From the NCBI GenBank assembly GCA_051362555.1, contig CM120641.1:19840001-19904000 (forward strand): DNA of 64,000 bases, in the 5' to 3' direction. Below the pieces are notes generated by a model. The model did no database searches, was not told where the DNA came from, and worked only from the letters and a program-made list of their open reading frames with translations. Origin of the DNA: Lingula anatina. Lineage: Eukaryota; Animalia; Brachiopoda. Numbering within the stretch: position 1 is the first letter of the stretch; every line of letters begins with the position of its first letter. Positions 1 to 13,662 of the stretch are shown here, piece after piece. The translations under genes and the position numbers were made by a program.

Positions 1-1616
1 TGCCTGAATAAATAATTTAAGACTGATATAATATATGATATAATATATGATATATTCTATGATCATCCTGGATTGAGAAAGTTGATTGAAATCTGTCAAA
101 GTTGGGTGCTTTATCACCCATGATTATATAACATGATAAATGTATAGTTTTCATTCTAGTAAGTTCAAGTGTTTTGATGCTGATGTAATTTTAAATACCA
201 TATGAACACGGCCCAAAATTTTACATAATAATGTATGTGCATTTGTTTTCTTGTTGTCACCATTCTAGACCAGCAGTTAAGAGCATGTCCATGTCAATTT
301 GCCAACATGATTTGAGGAAATAGATGTAATGGAGTTAAACTCTCCCACTGGAACCTACTTAATTCCATTTTCTCTGGATTAAATTTCCTGTTCTAAAATT
401 GTTTGCAAGTTGAGTGATTAAAAATTTTTGGACTCTCTTTTGGTCTGATTGCCTGTAGGATGTTTCTGCTTTGCTTCAATTCTTTCTTTGTTATTTGATT
501 CAGAGATGAGGTAGAATGCTTTGGTAAAAGGCAGTTAAGTCAATTGATCTTTTTCATTAATAATGATTTAAAATGTCAATGCAATTTCCGTTAAGCAAGT
601 TACTGGTGAATATGAACCAGATGACTGTGCCACAAAACCGACCAACACATGTGTATCATATAGATTTTATTATATAATATTCTGTCCTGTCATCAGTATT
701 GTAAATATTGCCTTGGTTTCATGTGGAATGCATAAGATATTTCTGCTTTTATGGATAAAGTTGTTCTTGACTAGATTCAATTATCCCTTATTATGATGAA
801 AAGAGGGGAAAATGCCAGACAAGTGATAATACAAAGAGGATTAATGCAAATACTAAAAGAGTCAATTGATAGATTATAATTTTTAAAAAAATGTGCATAC
901 ATGTTTTAAGGCAGCTGAAAAGAATTATGTCCAAGTACAAAGATGTTTCATTTTGTTAGCTTGTATTAATCTAAAACCAGTCTTGGAGATGCTCTTGGAA
1001 GAATAATTCATTGATAAAGGGTTGCTTAGACAGAAATATCCCATGGCTCTATTTGAAAATGGGGCATTTGGGATTTTTTCATGATATTTTCTCATTTTCC
1101 CAGAGGCAACACGAATGATTGCCTGCTAATGTAGCTTGCTCTTGGGGTCTTTGAATAACATTTTGCTGCTCTCTAATCCATACATTTTTGTATTTCCTAT
1201 AATTTTGATAGCACACTGTACCATTAAGACTAGAAACAATTATAGTCTATGTGAGTTATATCCGTACTGTACAATAAATATGTAAATGATTTATAGACCA
1301 GAAATGAATATTGCAATGACAAAAAATGGAAAAGACACAAGTTGTCTCTTTCACTGTAATCTCAGTTTGAAATGAATGTTGAGAGACACCTAAGGTATCC
1401 AGCTTGTCACACAAATCTCATAAATGCTTTATGTGGAGATGAGTATGTTGGGTAAAACTTTTGATTTGACTCTCACAACTTGGTGGTGATGGTGCACTTA
1501 TTCTCAAGTTTTCAGGCATATGGAAGATTTTCTTTTTGTCTTGCTGATTCTGCAAAACCGGTATTCAACTTGGAATTGTCCACTTTATACATAAAAAAAA
1601 TCTTCCTTTTCCATAG

Positions 1617-4600
1617 AGTGCCACCATGGATAAAGAGACTCTTTTGAGACGTTTAAAGGCACTCCAACAAGAGGTGCGCCAGCAGGCTAATTTTCACGAA
1701 AAGTTATTGAAGCAGTTGGTTGAAGAACGGAAAGCAGTTGAATCTGATCTTGTACAAGGGAGAGGAGATTATTTGAGTAAGTTGGAGAGGCGTGGTACTC
1801 TGGGAAAATGGGATTTTTATTTCTGGCTTTATTTTGAAAGGCCATTCAAAATACATGCTCTCATTGGATGGAGTAATTTTTCATAAAAAGGCTTGGCTAC
1901 AGACAGTTTCTTTAGAAAGATTGAAGGGAAGAAAAGGTTAACTTCTTTTCTTTTAATTGCATTAACATTATATATCTTCATTACTGGCTGCACGTTTGTC
2001 TGATTTGCTGCCTTTTTGCTTAAATGGATCACATAAGTAATAACTGGTTCTAATCAAAGCATGCTTTTGATGGCCTTTCAAAAGAAGGAAGAAATGTCCC
2101 CTTGGCCTTGTCTCTCTCTCTCTATCTTTCATCTCCTGGTTTGGGCACTGGTTTCTTTTGTTGCTTTAGGAGCCTAATCATGATGACCTAGTGTCTAGGG
2201 AGCTAAAAGCAGTAGAAGATGAGCTTAGACACCATGGGTTGATAGTACCAAAAAGTAAGTGTGTGGAGCTGGGTTGACCCAGCATGCAAAATTCTCGGAT
2301 TTTTTGAAAGGACATTTTCAGAAATTGTTTTCAAATTTAATTTTTAATTTTTTTTTCTATTTCCAAAATGGTGGAAACATTAATGTACTATACATTGGAC
2401 TAAGTAAACCCACTCCAAGGTTGTGTTCACACTAAACTATTTGCTCTGAAAATTGACAAAGTGCATCATTTTTGGCCAGTTTTTTCTAGAGAACTTTTCT
2501 AATTCAAATGTTTGGGAAAGCTGAAAAAATGAACATTTTGGTCCATTTTGACCATGTATCGATCAGTTTTTGTCCACTTGAATACTTGGGCTGTTTCTCT
2601 AAAAGAAATAAAGGATACCTCTAAGGATTACAGCTTCTTTATTTCAATTAAGCACTTGTGATTTATCTTTGTCGAAGAAGAAGAAAAAATTTAAGGTAGA
2701 AAGTGAAGACCAACTTTTGACCATGAAACCTGCGGTTGTTTTAATGTTTGTATACAACCAAAACATAGCTTCCTTAAAAAAAAAAAAAAGGTTAGCTTTT
2801 TCTGCTGCAGGACAGAGATTAATATCTCAGGGGTTTTATTAGCCCTTTCCTCTGGTGACATCAGCTGTAGAATGAGTGTCAAAGGTGACGTCAAACGGGC
2901 CAGTTTCTTCATTTTCAAAAATCAATACATGCCTGCATATTTTTGTATCTTAACTTCAGCAGCATTTAATTGAAGTTTCTCACACCAACCAGTGGCAACC
3001 ACTAAAGTTAGATAGGTTTGTATACTATATTACATGCCCTTTATGGGTCCATGAAATCTGGATGTGAATCTGTGCTTGGTGCTGTAAACTTCAAACATAC
3101 TTGTCGCTAAGGATCAGATTTAGAAAAAAAGTCCACATATGTACGATGTAGGCTTGAAAATGAACAAGCTGACACATCAGATCTGAAGCTCAGGCTACAT
3201 AACTGGCATGTTTTAGTCAATTTCCAGTTCAAATTAGTTGTGTCTGTGATCACAGCTAAATTATTTGTTGGGTAAAGAATGATAATGGAGCATTATTTTC
3301 AATTTTTTACTGAAGGGATTGCTTTTTATGAGTTACGTTTAAGATTTTGCATTTGATGAAGAAATATTATTATATTATTTATTTATTATTTTTTAGTTTT
3401 GAAATATCAGAAGATGATATTGCACCAATTTAAATCACTTATTGAATAGATTAAACATATTGAATTTGTTACAAAAAAGGATAAAAAGAAAAAAGATGAT
3501 GTATAGTCAAAAGGGACTGGTTCAGTCACTACCCTCATTTCTAAATTAAAAAAAAACAAACATTTTTTTTAAATTATGAACAAATATTTTGTTTTTCATT
3601 CCAGAGGACCAAGTGACATCCAAACTCCCCTCTGTCACAGCTAGGTATACTGCCACAAAGGTTACACAACCTGTAAAACATGTTGAAACAAATCCACCTG
3701 TGCAGCAGATTCCTATTGGTAAGAAAATATATTGTGTTTTCTGTTAAATCTGTGCTCAGTTCCGTGAAATTTAAAAGATTTAAAAACTTTTTTACCCTGC
3801 AAACTATTAAAAAAAAATTCATGGCATTATAAAAAGCATGAAGCATTATTTCACCTTTAGTTTAAAAAATAAAATACACTAAAGCAGTGTCATTTTTTTC
3901 CAGATCCCTACAATGCTGTCATACCAGTGTTGGTGTTTGCTTGCAATCGCATAACTGTAAAACAGAATCTAGATCAGCTTTTAAAGTGAGTAATTTTACT
4001 TTTGATATGTCAGATAACTGAAGAAAAAATGATAACTGTAAAATATATATCAGGGCCATAACCAGTGGGGTTCAAGGGGTTCAAACAAACCACCCTTGTC
4101 GTTGAGAAAAGGTCTGTTCTGGGTAATATTTGATATAGGTACGTTCAAACAAACCACCCTTGTCATTGAGGAAATGTGTGCTCTGGGTAATATTTGATAT
4201 AGGTACGTGAAGGTTTCATACCTTTTTGAAATTTCTGGCTACAGGCCTGTATATCAATATAATTTTATCATATAGGAAAGTAAGAGGTATTTCCTAAAAT
4301 GAGATTTATTGATGTAAGCATATATTGTCTACAAAAAGAAATATATCGATACAAAAGGCATTAAATATTGTGATATTTTCTAACTTTTATCGATAATTTT
4401 TATCTCATTACTGTTTAGATATCGTCCATCAGCAGAAAAATATCCTATCATAGTTAGTCAAGACTGTGGCCACAAACCCACATCTGATGCCATTGATTCA
4501 TATGGAGCTCAAATAACTCATTTAAAGGTGAGTTAGTTTTTTACACGAGTTTGGATGGATTTTGTACCTTGAGCATCTCAACGTTGCAAAACCCAATTCT

Positions 4601-7600
4601 TTTAGATACCAATATTTGATACAAAAAATCCTCATGTTTTATTGAAATGTTATGAATGTATATTTATATTTTCAGCATCCAGACCTGACAGATATTAGTT
4701 TACCTTGGACACAGAGAAAATTTCAGGGTTATTATAAAATATCAAGGCATTACAGATGGGCCCTAAATCAGATATTCAGGGTTCTAAATTATTCTGTTGT
4801 TATTATAGTAGAAGGTAAGTCTGTGGATGCTAAGGAATATTTTGTATATTTTGTAATGCTGTTTAGTTTTCAACAATCTCAGTACTTGCTAAATTATGAT
4901 CCCCTCACTTGTTATTAAAAAAAATCAATTATTAGTTTTTGTTCTAAAATTTATAATATTCTTGCACATTCATCTAATTTTAAAATCTGTCAACAATTTG
5001 ATTATTTTAAAGAACATTTTAAAGGTTAAAAAATTATTTTTCTTTTTCTTTTCAGATGATTTAGATATATCACCAGACTTCTTTGAGTATTTCACAGCTT
5101 TATTCCCTATATTAGAAAGAGATCCCACTCTATGGTGTGTGTCAGCATGGAATGATAATGGAAAAGTTAACAATATTGAAGATAATCCATGTAAGTTTGA
5201 ATGGTTTTTAATCCAAAATGTTAAGATAAAATTTAGAGTAGGAGAACATAGTTGAGACAGCAAAAAAAAGTCAATGGAGAAAAATGCATCTTTTCCATAC
5301 CAATCAGAGGGAAAAAGTTCATGTTTTTTTTTTCCACCAACGTGAGGTCGCAACACTTCAGAAGTAAACATTCATGTTGTGAAGCAGTGTATTGCAAGGA
5401 AAGTCTTTTAGTCTGAAGAATGTATCTTGTGAGACAAAAAAATATTGAAATGTTGTTTGAAGGGACTATTAACAAAGAAAGCTAAGAAATTTTTTGTTGG
5501 ATCTTTATCTGGTTTGTAATATTTAATAGCTGTATTAAATGAATATATGGTTACTGTATTCCATGAAATCTTGACTTTCTGGATTTTGAATAGGACTTTT
5601 CTTAACCCTGATGTGTGTTTTCAATTTCAGTGCTTCTGTATAGAACAGACTTCTTCCCAGGACTTGGGTGGATGTTAGATAAAAATACTTGGTTAGAATT
5701 GGAGCCAAAATGGCCAGCAACGTAAGAAAACAGTATTTGCATAAAGCAGGATGTACGGAAGGAGATTTTTCCCTATGAGTAACTCTTTAATTTATGTTGA
5801 GAATTAGAGCCAAAATGAGCAGCATCTTTAATGTAAATAATCAGTTTTCATTTATTGAATATGAAGAAGAATTTTTCTTGTTTGTGACATTTGAATATTG
5901 ATACACGATCACTACCATGATTTATGTAAATGGGCCAGTGTATATCACTTAAATAACAAACAGTGATTATATGTAATTTGACTCCTGTGCAACCTGACTC
6001 CGTCATCTCCATCATTGACAAAAAGTGAAATTGAAAGCTGTCATTTATCCAACTTGTAGGTTTTGGGATGATTGGATGAGACACCCAAATCAGAGAAAAA
6101 ATAGAACCTGTATACATCCTGAGGTGTCTAGGACAAGAACCTTTGGGAGGATTGGAGTTAGTAGGTGAGACAGAATATTTTTTTATTTTATGAATACAAT
6201 ATCAATTAAGTTAAAATATCTTTTGAAGTTTTTGAAGAAAATAGCTCTTGAAATGAAGGCACTTTTGTAACCCCACAAAACAATACTTTGTCTCATTTTT
6301 TGATAATTATCTGAGATTTAATGGACAGACAGACAGACAGACAAACAGATGAAAACATCATGTAAAGTTTTTTTGAGAGGTGGAGATTATTGCCAATGTT
6401 TTTTATTTTTCAGGGGCCAGTTTTATGATAAACATTTAAAATTCATTAAGCTAAATGACAAACCAGTGCCTTGGACAACAATGGATCTCACATACCTATT
6501 AAAGGTAAGTTCATTTGAAATCAAAGTGTATATTTTTATTCATCTATTTTTTGTTTCAATCAATAAGAAATGGAAATTAAGTCTCAAAGTTAGTTTGAAT
6601 GGGTTCCAATGAGTCTCTGGGATGTAGGTAGAAATTCAAAGATTGTACCATCAATAGTGGTTAAGTGTTTGGAATGAGTTTTAATTTCCATTCTTGATTT
6701 AGTAAGTTCTTTTGGTTGTATTACATGTAGTATTACTTGTAGTATTAATTTAATATGAAAGGTTTTTTCTCTCTATCCAAAACCATTTGCAAAGATATTA
6801 AAGCTACCTTTGTCAAACAAGGACAATAGCACTGAAGAAGAAAGTTTCTGTGATTTAATATCTTTAAGAATTGTATGGATGGAGAAAATGAACCTGTTTG
6901 AGTTTTAATGCATTTTGTTCACATTTCATTAGAACCTTGTATTAAGCTGAATTATCAAGTAGCCTTGGAAAAGATTTAAAATGTTTGATCGCATACAACA
7001 GACAAGCTGGGTGATTGGGTGTAGTAAAAAACAATAAACATGGTAATTTCCCACCTGATTAATTATGGAAAATCATGGTTACTGTAATATGTTTGGCAGC
7101 TTTTATCTGTAGAATGAAGAAAAACAAAAACTTTTGAGATAAGTTTGTGTGTTTTGTTTGATAGAATTAGAAAGATTATAACATCAGGGATATGCTAATC
7201 TGGAAGGCAAATAACAGTTTCCGTTCCTGTGTTGCAGGAGAATTATGATGTGAAGTTTGTGAGGGATGTTTATGAGTGTCCAATCGTTAGTGTTGCTCAG
7301 TTACAAGCTGGTGTCTCAGGGAGCCATCCAGTCAGGGTACAGTACACTTCAAAAACAGATTTCAAATCCATTGCAAAAGCATTGGGGATTATGGATGATT
7401 TGAAAGTAAGTGCACTATTAATCCTTTTACCCCCACCCTTCCCCCTCATCCCTCTTCATAACATCTTTTTTCAGTCATAAACCTTTTTTATGGCTCAAAA
7501 CAAAGAAAAAAAATCAATTCTGTGGAATGAAATCCTGGAATGTCAAAAGCATTGAACATGGTCACATATAAAAAAATTAAAATGATGATAATATAGACCG

Positions 7601-7833
7601 CGAAAATTGCAACATCTGATGTAATTACTTCTGTATTGATTTTTTTTAATGATTCAACTATTGCAGTAAGTCAGAAGTTGTGAATTGTTACTTAATCACT
7701 TCAATGGGTTTACTTCCAGTCTGGGGTGCCAAGGGGGGGTTATCGAGGAGTGGTGAGCTTCATGTTTGCCGGTCGGCGAGTCCATCTTACTCCACCCATG
7801 CCATGGACAGGGTACGATCCAACGTGGAACTAG
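1617..7833 (+). CDS. MGAT1: Alpha-1,3-mannosyl-glycoprotein 2-beta-N-acetylglucosaminyltransferase (GnT-I, GT13); N-terminal transmembrane exon not found, probably upstream of the window
   Basis: Phase-consistent GT-AG exons 1617-1776, 3605-3718, 3904-3985, 4419-4527, 4676-4814, 5056-5190, 5631-5721, 6060-6164, 6414-6504, 7238-7405, 7720-7833 (TAG), plus a candidate alternative exon 2170-2254. Translation contains GnT-I hallmarks [92 protein letters not shown] and GYDPTWN*. Confidence 0.96.
4051..4249. mobile_element. Small degenerate MITE with CAGG...CCTG ends and an internal 64-bp tandem duplication
   Basis: Left end cagggccataaccag and right end ctggctacaggcctg form an imperfect inverted repeat. 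TATAT lies on both flanks. The 64-bp unit starts at 4079 and at 4143. A related end caggcctgtagccag occurs at 26256. Confidence 0.6.
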
Positions 7834-9622
7834 TCCCATTTTTATGTCTCACGGGGATTTACTCAAGGAGATGTTGATGATGAAGATAATACACGCTTCT
7901 CTGTATGGTGGAAAGAACATGGTGCTTAACAATAATCAAACCTTTATTTTGCCAGCATAAGGTGGTAAGATGCCACACTGAATTAAAATTGAAGCACATT
8001 TTCCATAGCTTTGCAGACAGTCTGGATTAGCTACTCTGAGATATGCTAAAAAATACAAGAGCTTGATTTTGCAAATGCACATGAAATGCCCAGGTGCATA
8101 GGGTTTGGAAGCATGTGTGGATTCACATTTGCACATGAGGACATTTGCTCCCTTAATTTGTCTGATGCATTTCTCATTTGTTAGATAACGGGGTAACATA
8201 TTCATGTAATTTTTTTTGTTGTAAGATAGACTGAAGTACATAGCCAGGATTGACATGGAAGAGGTCTAGCTGCATTTACACACAATGAAAAAAATGTTCA
8301 TTGAATTACAGTGAATGTATTATAACATAAGGGTCATTTTCATAAGATTTTTGTACTGGGATATGTTATTTATTTCTGCTTTGTGCTTCATGATGATCAC
8401 TTCTTAGCTATGAAATAAGGTGTTTTGCCAAATGACTTGATGAGGAAATAAAATATAATGAACTTGTCTGAAGAAATTAATAATGTTTGTTTCAAACAGA
8501 ATTGCAAGAGACCTGTGAGTAACTTCATCTCACATGTGATAAACTCAAACCAAACTGGTGATGGGATGCAATAATAATTGTTCTCCAATCTCATATGATG
8601 AAACATTAATGTATGTGTGAGGTATAGACTGAATGTCTTGTAATTATAAATGAATGAAAGAATAAGGATGCTCAAAAAAGCAAAATATTTAATGCTGAAA
8701 CTCCTGAAGAAGGAAATCATGTCAGAGAGTTAATTAAGTTTGCTGCTGTTAAAATTGAAGGAATGCTGCATGGTAGTGTACCATGCAGCAGTGCATTGAT
8801 CTGTTACCTTTGTTTTAGTTGCATTAGAATATAATTGTATCTTATTGTATTTTCATGTTTATAGAGTACCTGCAATACTGGCAGATAAAACTGCCAACTT
8901 TAAAGTGGGGGTGGGGTGAAAGAGATGTTATATTTAGGCAGTTGAGCACATTCTATTCACTTATACATGTTCTACTTTAAGCCACTGTCATAGTTGAAGA
9001 TCATAATTATCTTCCAGTCTTTTATGTTGTTTATTTGAAGGGTTTATAAAGCCCAATGGTTTCTAATGATAATCCGATGTTTCAAGTCTATGTAAATATT
9101 AAAAACATTGTTATGAATAAATGGTAAACACTTTATAGGTGGACAAAAATTAAAATGAAAAAATTGTTACGATGTGAAAACTGACCATTGCATTCCATGT
9201 GAAGTACAAAAAGGACTATGTTAAGAAAGTTTTAAGTATATTTGTAGGAAATGCTGCATCACTGATCAGTTTTTTTTTTGTACCATATCTGGCAATTAAA
9301 AGTCTCTTCATTAAAATTTAAATCTTTGGTGTGTTTTTTTGTTTTTTTTTTTGTGTGTGTGTGTGTTATGGTTTTACGAAAATTGGATATTACAACACCT
9401 GAAATGAAATGAATGTCCAAACTACAACCCCAAAGATGAAATGAATGGACAAGTCCAAGTATAAACCCCTCAAATGAAATAGGCTTGCTCAACCAATTCC
9501 TCGATTCCTCCATATACATGGCAAAGAACTTGTACAAATTGTAAGCGAAAAGATACAACACTTTGCTTTTAAATAATGATTTGTGCAGTTATGGGATGTG
9601 CAAATATTAATTTGCACAGAAT

Positions 9623-9690
9623 TTGATTTTAAAAAATATTTGCACATCCCATATTAAGTTATGGGATGTGCAAATATTTTTTAAAATCAA
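9623..9690. repeat. Perfect palindrome, 31-bp arms with a 6-nt spacer
   Basis: ttgattttaaaaaatatttgcacatcccata-ttaagt-tatgggatgtgcaaatattttttaaaatcaa, with a further copy of agttatgggatgtgcaaatatt at 9587-9608. Confidence 0.9.
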
Positions 9691-9825
9691 TTCTTTAATT
9701 TTTTGTTTGCAAATTGCCAATGAGGGAAACCATGCATTACAGATTGTGCAATTCATGGAACCAGACGTCAGTAAAATCCTTCTTCAATTTTTCTCACAAA
9801 TAATTAAAATCAATCTTTAACTTAA

Positions 9826-10721
9826 AGCCTCAGTCACAACCGGACACACAAATTTCAGGATCGTATGTCTCCTGCGATTTTTGGGTGTTGTGGAGGTCGT
9901 AGAGGTAGAGGAAAGTCTGCCTTGCGAGTCGCAAGGGCCACATGTGATGTCCTTTCAAGCAGGTACGCCAATTGCAAGGAGTGATGGCCGTAGAAATTGT
10001 ATCAATTTCTTGAGTTTGTCTTGCTTCCTGTGTATGTGGCACACACTCACCACTTACGAAGGGAATGCAACGCACGGCGAAAGTAGTGCCCTTTTGCGTC
10101 AGTTTTGCTTCACACTTGCCTCACACATTTGTAGTGACATACTGACGGCGTACGTCAGTTTTACTTCCTGTTCTCCTCTTCTTTCTTCCTCCTCCCTTTT
10201 TTCTACTATGTAATCTTCTTTCTCTTTGCCTTTTGGAGGCATATTAGAAACTTAATTGAGCAAAAATTTGAAAATTTTGAAAATTGTTGTACACATTACA
10301 CAGTCGATGTTCATTGTAAAGACACGAGCGTGAGTAAGCCTTTTATACACCAGGCGTGGGGGTGACGCACGTGCCACACATTCCCGGTGTGCTATCGACT
10401 TTGTTCGTTAGTTGTGAGGGCATGCACCTTACTCAATACACAAAGGGCACTTGCTCCTTCATTGCTTGCGACTTGCGTCTTGCAAAACGCAAATCTCTCT
10501 TGCTAACTCCGTTCGAGGGGAGCAAGTTACGCTTGCAGCCTCGCTGTTCGCAGGCTATTCGTAGAATCTTTTAGATATGTCTAACATCTTCCGGACGTGC
10601 TTATGGGCTGTCTGCGAACTCGAAATTTCGTAAGAAGGACTTGCATGGGACGTGAAATTCTGCACAAATTTTGGATGCAAACAGCCCGTAAGAGCCCGTA
10701 CGGCCGGTTGTGACCAAGGCT
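9826..10721. mobile_element. Non-autonomous PIF/Harbinger DNA transposon (896 bp)
   Basis: TIRs agcctcagtcacaaccgg and ccggttgtgaccaaggct. TAA target-site duplication at 9823-9825 and 10722-10724. Interior is GC/CpG-rich compared with the flanks. No transposase ORF. Confidence 0.85.
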
Positions 10722-11551
10722 TAACTAAGCCATAGCAATAGTATAATTTTAACTAAGCTATTGCAATTGTAGTTTTATACTTTAAATTTTTTTATCCTGA
10801 AAACTGGAAGCATATATTAAAGAAGGAAATCAATTACAAGTAATAGGTGTGCTGTCACGTTTTTAAAAAATATATAAGCAAACGCTATAAAAGTTGAATA
10901 AGAAGTTTTACTTAAAAAGTGCAAGGAGCACCCCTTTTACATCAAAGTTCAGATATAAGACCAAGTTCATATCCCTGGTCAAGATTTAATGTTGACCAAA
11001 TCTTAGATTGATTATAATTTAAAAATGATAAAACCCATACAAATGACTTTGAATACAATCTGCTGCAGGTAATGCACCGATACCCTTTACAACAAATACC
11101 AGTAAGCATAAGTAAATACATACTAATAAAGAAAGAAGTTAATTAGCAAAGGGAATAATCTCAAATTAACTCAAGTAACAGTAAATACTCTTAAATTTCA
11201 AACTCTTCATTAGAATAGCATGTCTTTTTACATTTTGACATTTGTACATGTAGCTTATCAATTACTTCCTGAAATCACCAAGCTCACCTTTATACTACAA
11301 TGTACTTCAAAACATTTTCAAGTATTGGTTAAATTATAATTATATTTTACTTAGGGAAACAAAAGAAATCAATTTTGTTCAAATGTGTTACCAAATTCTT
11401 GCAAAATGAAGCTAGACAGCCAGGCTTGAATATGTACAGACATATTAATACTTCAAAGTGATTTGCAATTAAAACCGTTCAAATATCCAAGATATTTTCT
11501 TCTTTTCCCCTACATATCCTGGCTAGATGTCCTTTCACACTGGCATTTCAA

Positions 11552-11552
<1 letters not shown>

Positions 11553-11590
<38 letters not shown>
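11553..11590. repeat. Poly(A) tract
   Basis: Uninterrupted A run. Confidence 0.95.
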
Positions 11591-11592
<2 letters not shown>

Positions 11593-13662
11593 CTAAAATT
11601 TTGACTAAAACAGAAAACAATTTGGCTGTTACAGGGCAATTGATACAAATGATTACAAAATATCACAAATCATGCAATAACTAAAATAAAATTGGCCAAT
11701 TAAATGTTTCAGATGTACAGCCTTTACGATGTGTGTATATAAAAGGGCATTCCACATTCCACAGTGAAAACAGTTGTCCATAACAAATAAACATGACTGA
11801 ATTGAATAATCAAAGAAAACAAAACCCATGTCGGAATGTAATTAAGAAATAATAGTATTATCAAATAAAAACTTAGGAGACATTTGACTTCTTGCATAAC
11901 AATTGCACTTTGTCAAAAGTTTTCCCTCTGCACTAGTGCATGCTTTTAACAATAAATAAAAGGATAATGTGGACAAACATTAGTTTAAATATTCCAAATA
12001 TACAGTGTATAAAAAATCCATTCGATATATGAATGTTCGATATGACACTGCATGTTGTACATGCATCTTATAACATTAAAATGACCACGGATCAGTATCA
12101 TAACTTTCAAATGACTACTCCTTGATTTCTTATTGATTGAAGTGCACCTTGCTTGGAATTTTCTTTCAGATGAGCAAGTTGGTAATGCTTGTTGCTTTTC
12201 TAAAACCTAATGCTATGGTGCATCTCTCTCAGACATCTGTTTTGACATAACCAACAAATCAATCACACATCATGAGCCATATTTGACTCACATATACATA
12301 CCTTGGCACCATTATGATTAGCAGAATTATACATGATAATAATACATTCTTCAGTGTTCTTAATGCTTTATAACATAAGTATTACTTATACATCAATGAC
12401 TTATCTACAAAATGTCCAGCATTTCTTATTATTTGTTTTTTAGTTGCATGGTTATACCTGCTTCCTTTTAAATTATACATTATGAATGAATGGTAATAAA
12501 CATTCAACTATATTTAAGTCAATCTTTGACAAAACAACACCCTGAAGGTTTAATAAGAATAATATGAGCTTTGGGGACTCATTTGGCATTGAAAATTCTT
12601 CAACAGAAATTTTTCACAAGCATCACATCATAAGAGATGTCCACTTTAAACAATTCTTACAATAATTGATTACACGATACAAGAACATTTTAGAATTATT
12701 CCAAAAATTTGATTTTTTTCAAAGTTTACAGAGAACATAACAGAAAAGATAGTTCTTCTGAAAACAATAACATTATCCACCTCAATTCGAACGCAGATTT
12801 TCTAAAGAGAAAAAAAAATCTGGCTCATTCATTCTTCTGGTAATATAAATGACATTAAGGTACCTTTATTCATGACAATCTTATTAGATAATATATAAAT
12901 AGCACTCCTTCATTAGATATACAGTCTATGCAGAGATGTGGGTCCAATTAACTTACCCAGAGCTTCAGATCCTACTTGTGCCAATTTTCTTCATTCTCAA
13001 AACCTCTGTTCATGCTCATTTATTAGACTCTGACCATCAACAGCAAGTTTGTCTGGATTTAACCACATTAAAGGGATAACAACTCTCCTTATAACATCCA
13101 TATTTCACAATAAATACATACAATAAATTCTATCTTGCCACCAAAATGGCAGTTATCGCAATTATTCTGGAATCTGTGCTTGCCATTGGACAAGGTGACT
13201 TCCACAGATGGGTACCCTCTGTAACAATCTCTTGAGAGATTATTACAAAAGAAAGGGACTAACTTTGCATGATGGAACAGATCCATTAACCATTAGAAAG
13301 TTTGGGAAAAAATGTTGTTTACCCCAGGAAAATCCATTTTCTGGCCCAAGGAACAGTTGTTGTCCCTTCAAGCACAGAGGCACACCCAATCATTTGGATT
13401 TTGTGGGTCCATAGAAGCACAAATAAAGTAGTTAACAGACTGGTCTGACATGTGGGATTGGAGTAGCAGACTTAAATCAAATGTCATTGAACTTTAGGCA
13501 ACAAAAGTTGGCACCACTGAAATTCAAAAATGAGGAAGTTGGTCATTGTCGTTTCTGAAACTAAGGCTAAATAAACTGAAAGACATATCTACATGCATCA
13601 AAGCATTAAATAATTATCTATAAACCCTAATGCCTGTTATTAAAACCAAAGCTTAGAGACAA

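Noticed and set aside
9830-10574. ORF-track ORFs inside the Harbinger element as a transposase
   Set aside because: Short, no DDE motifs, and explained by higher GC content.
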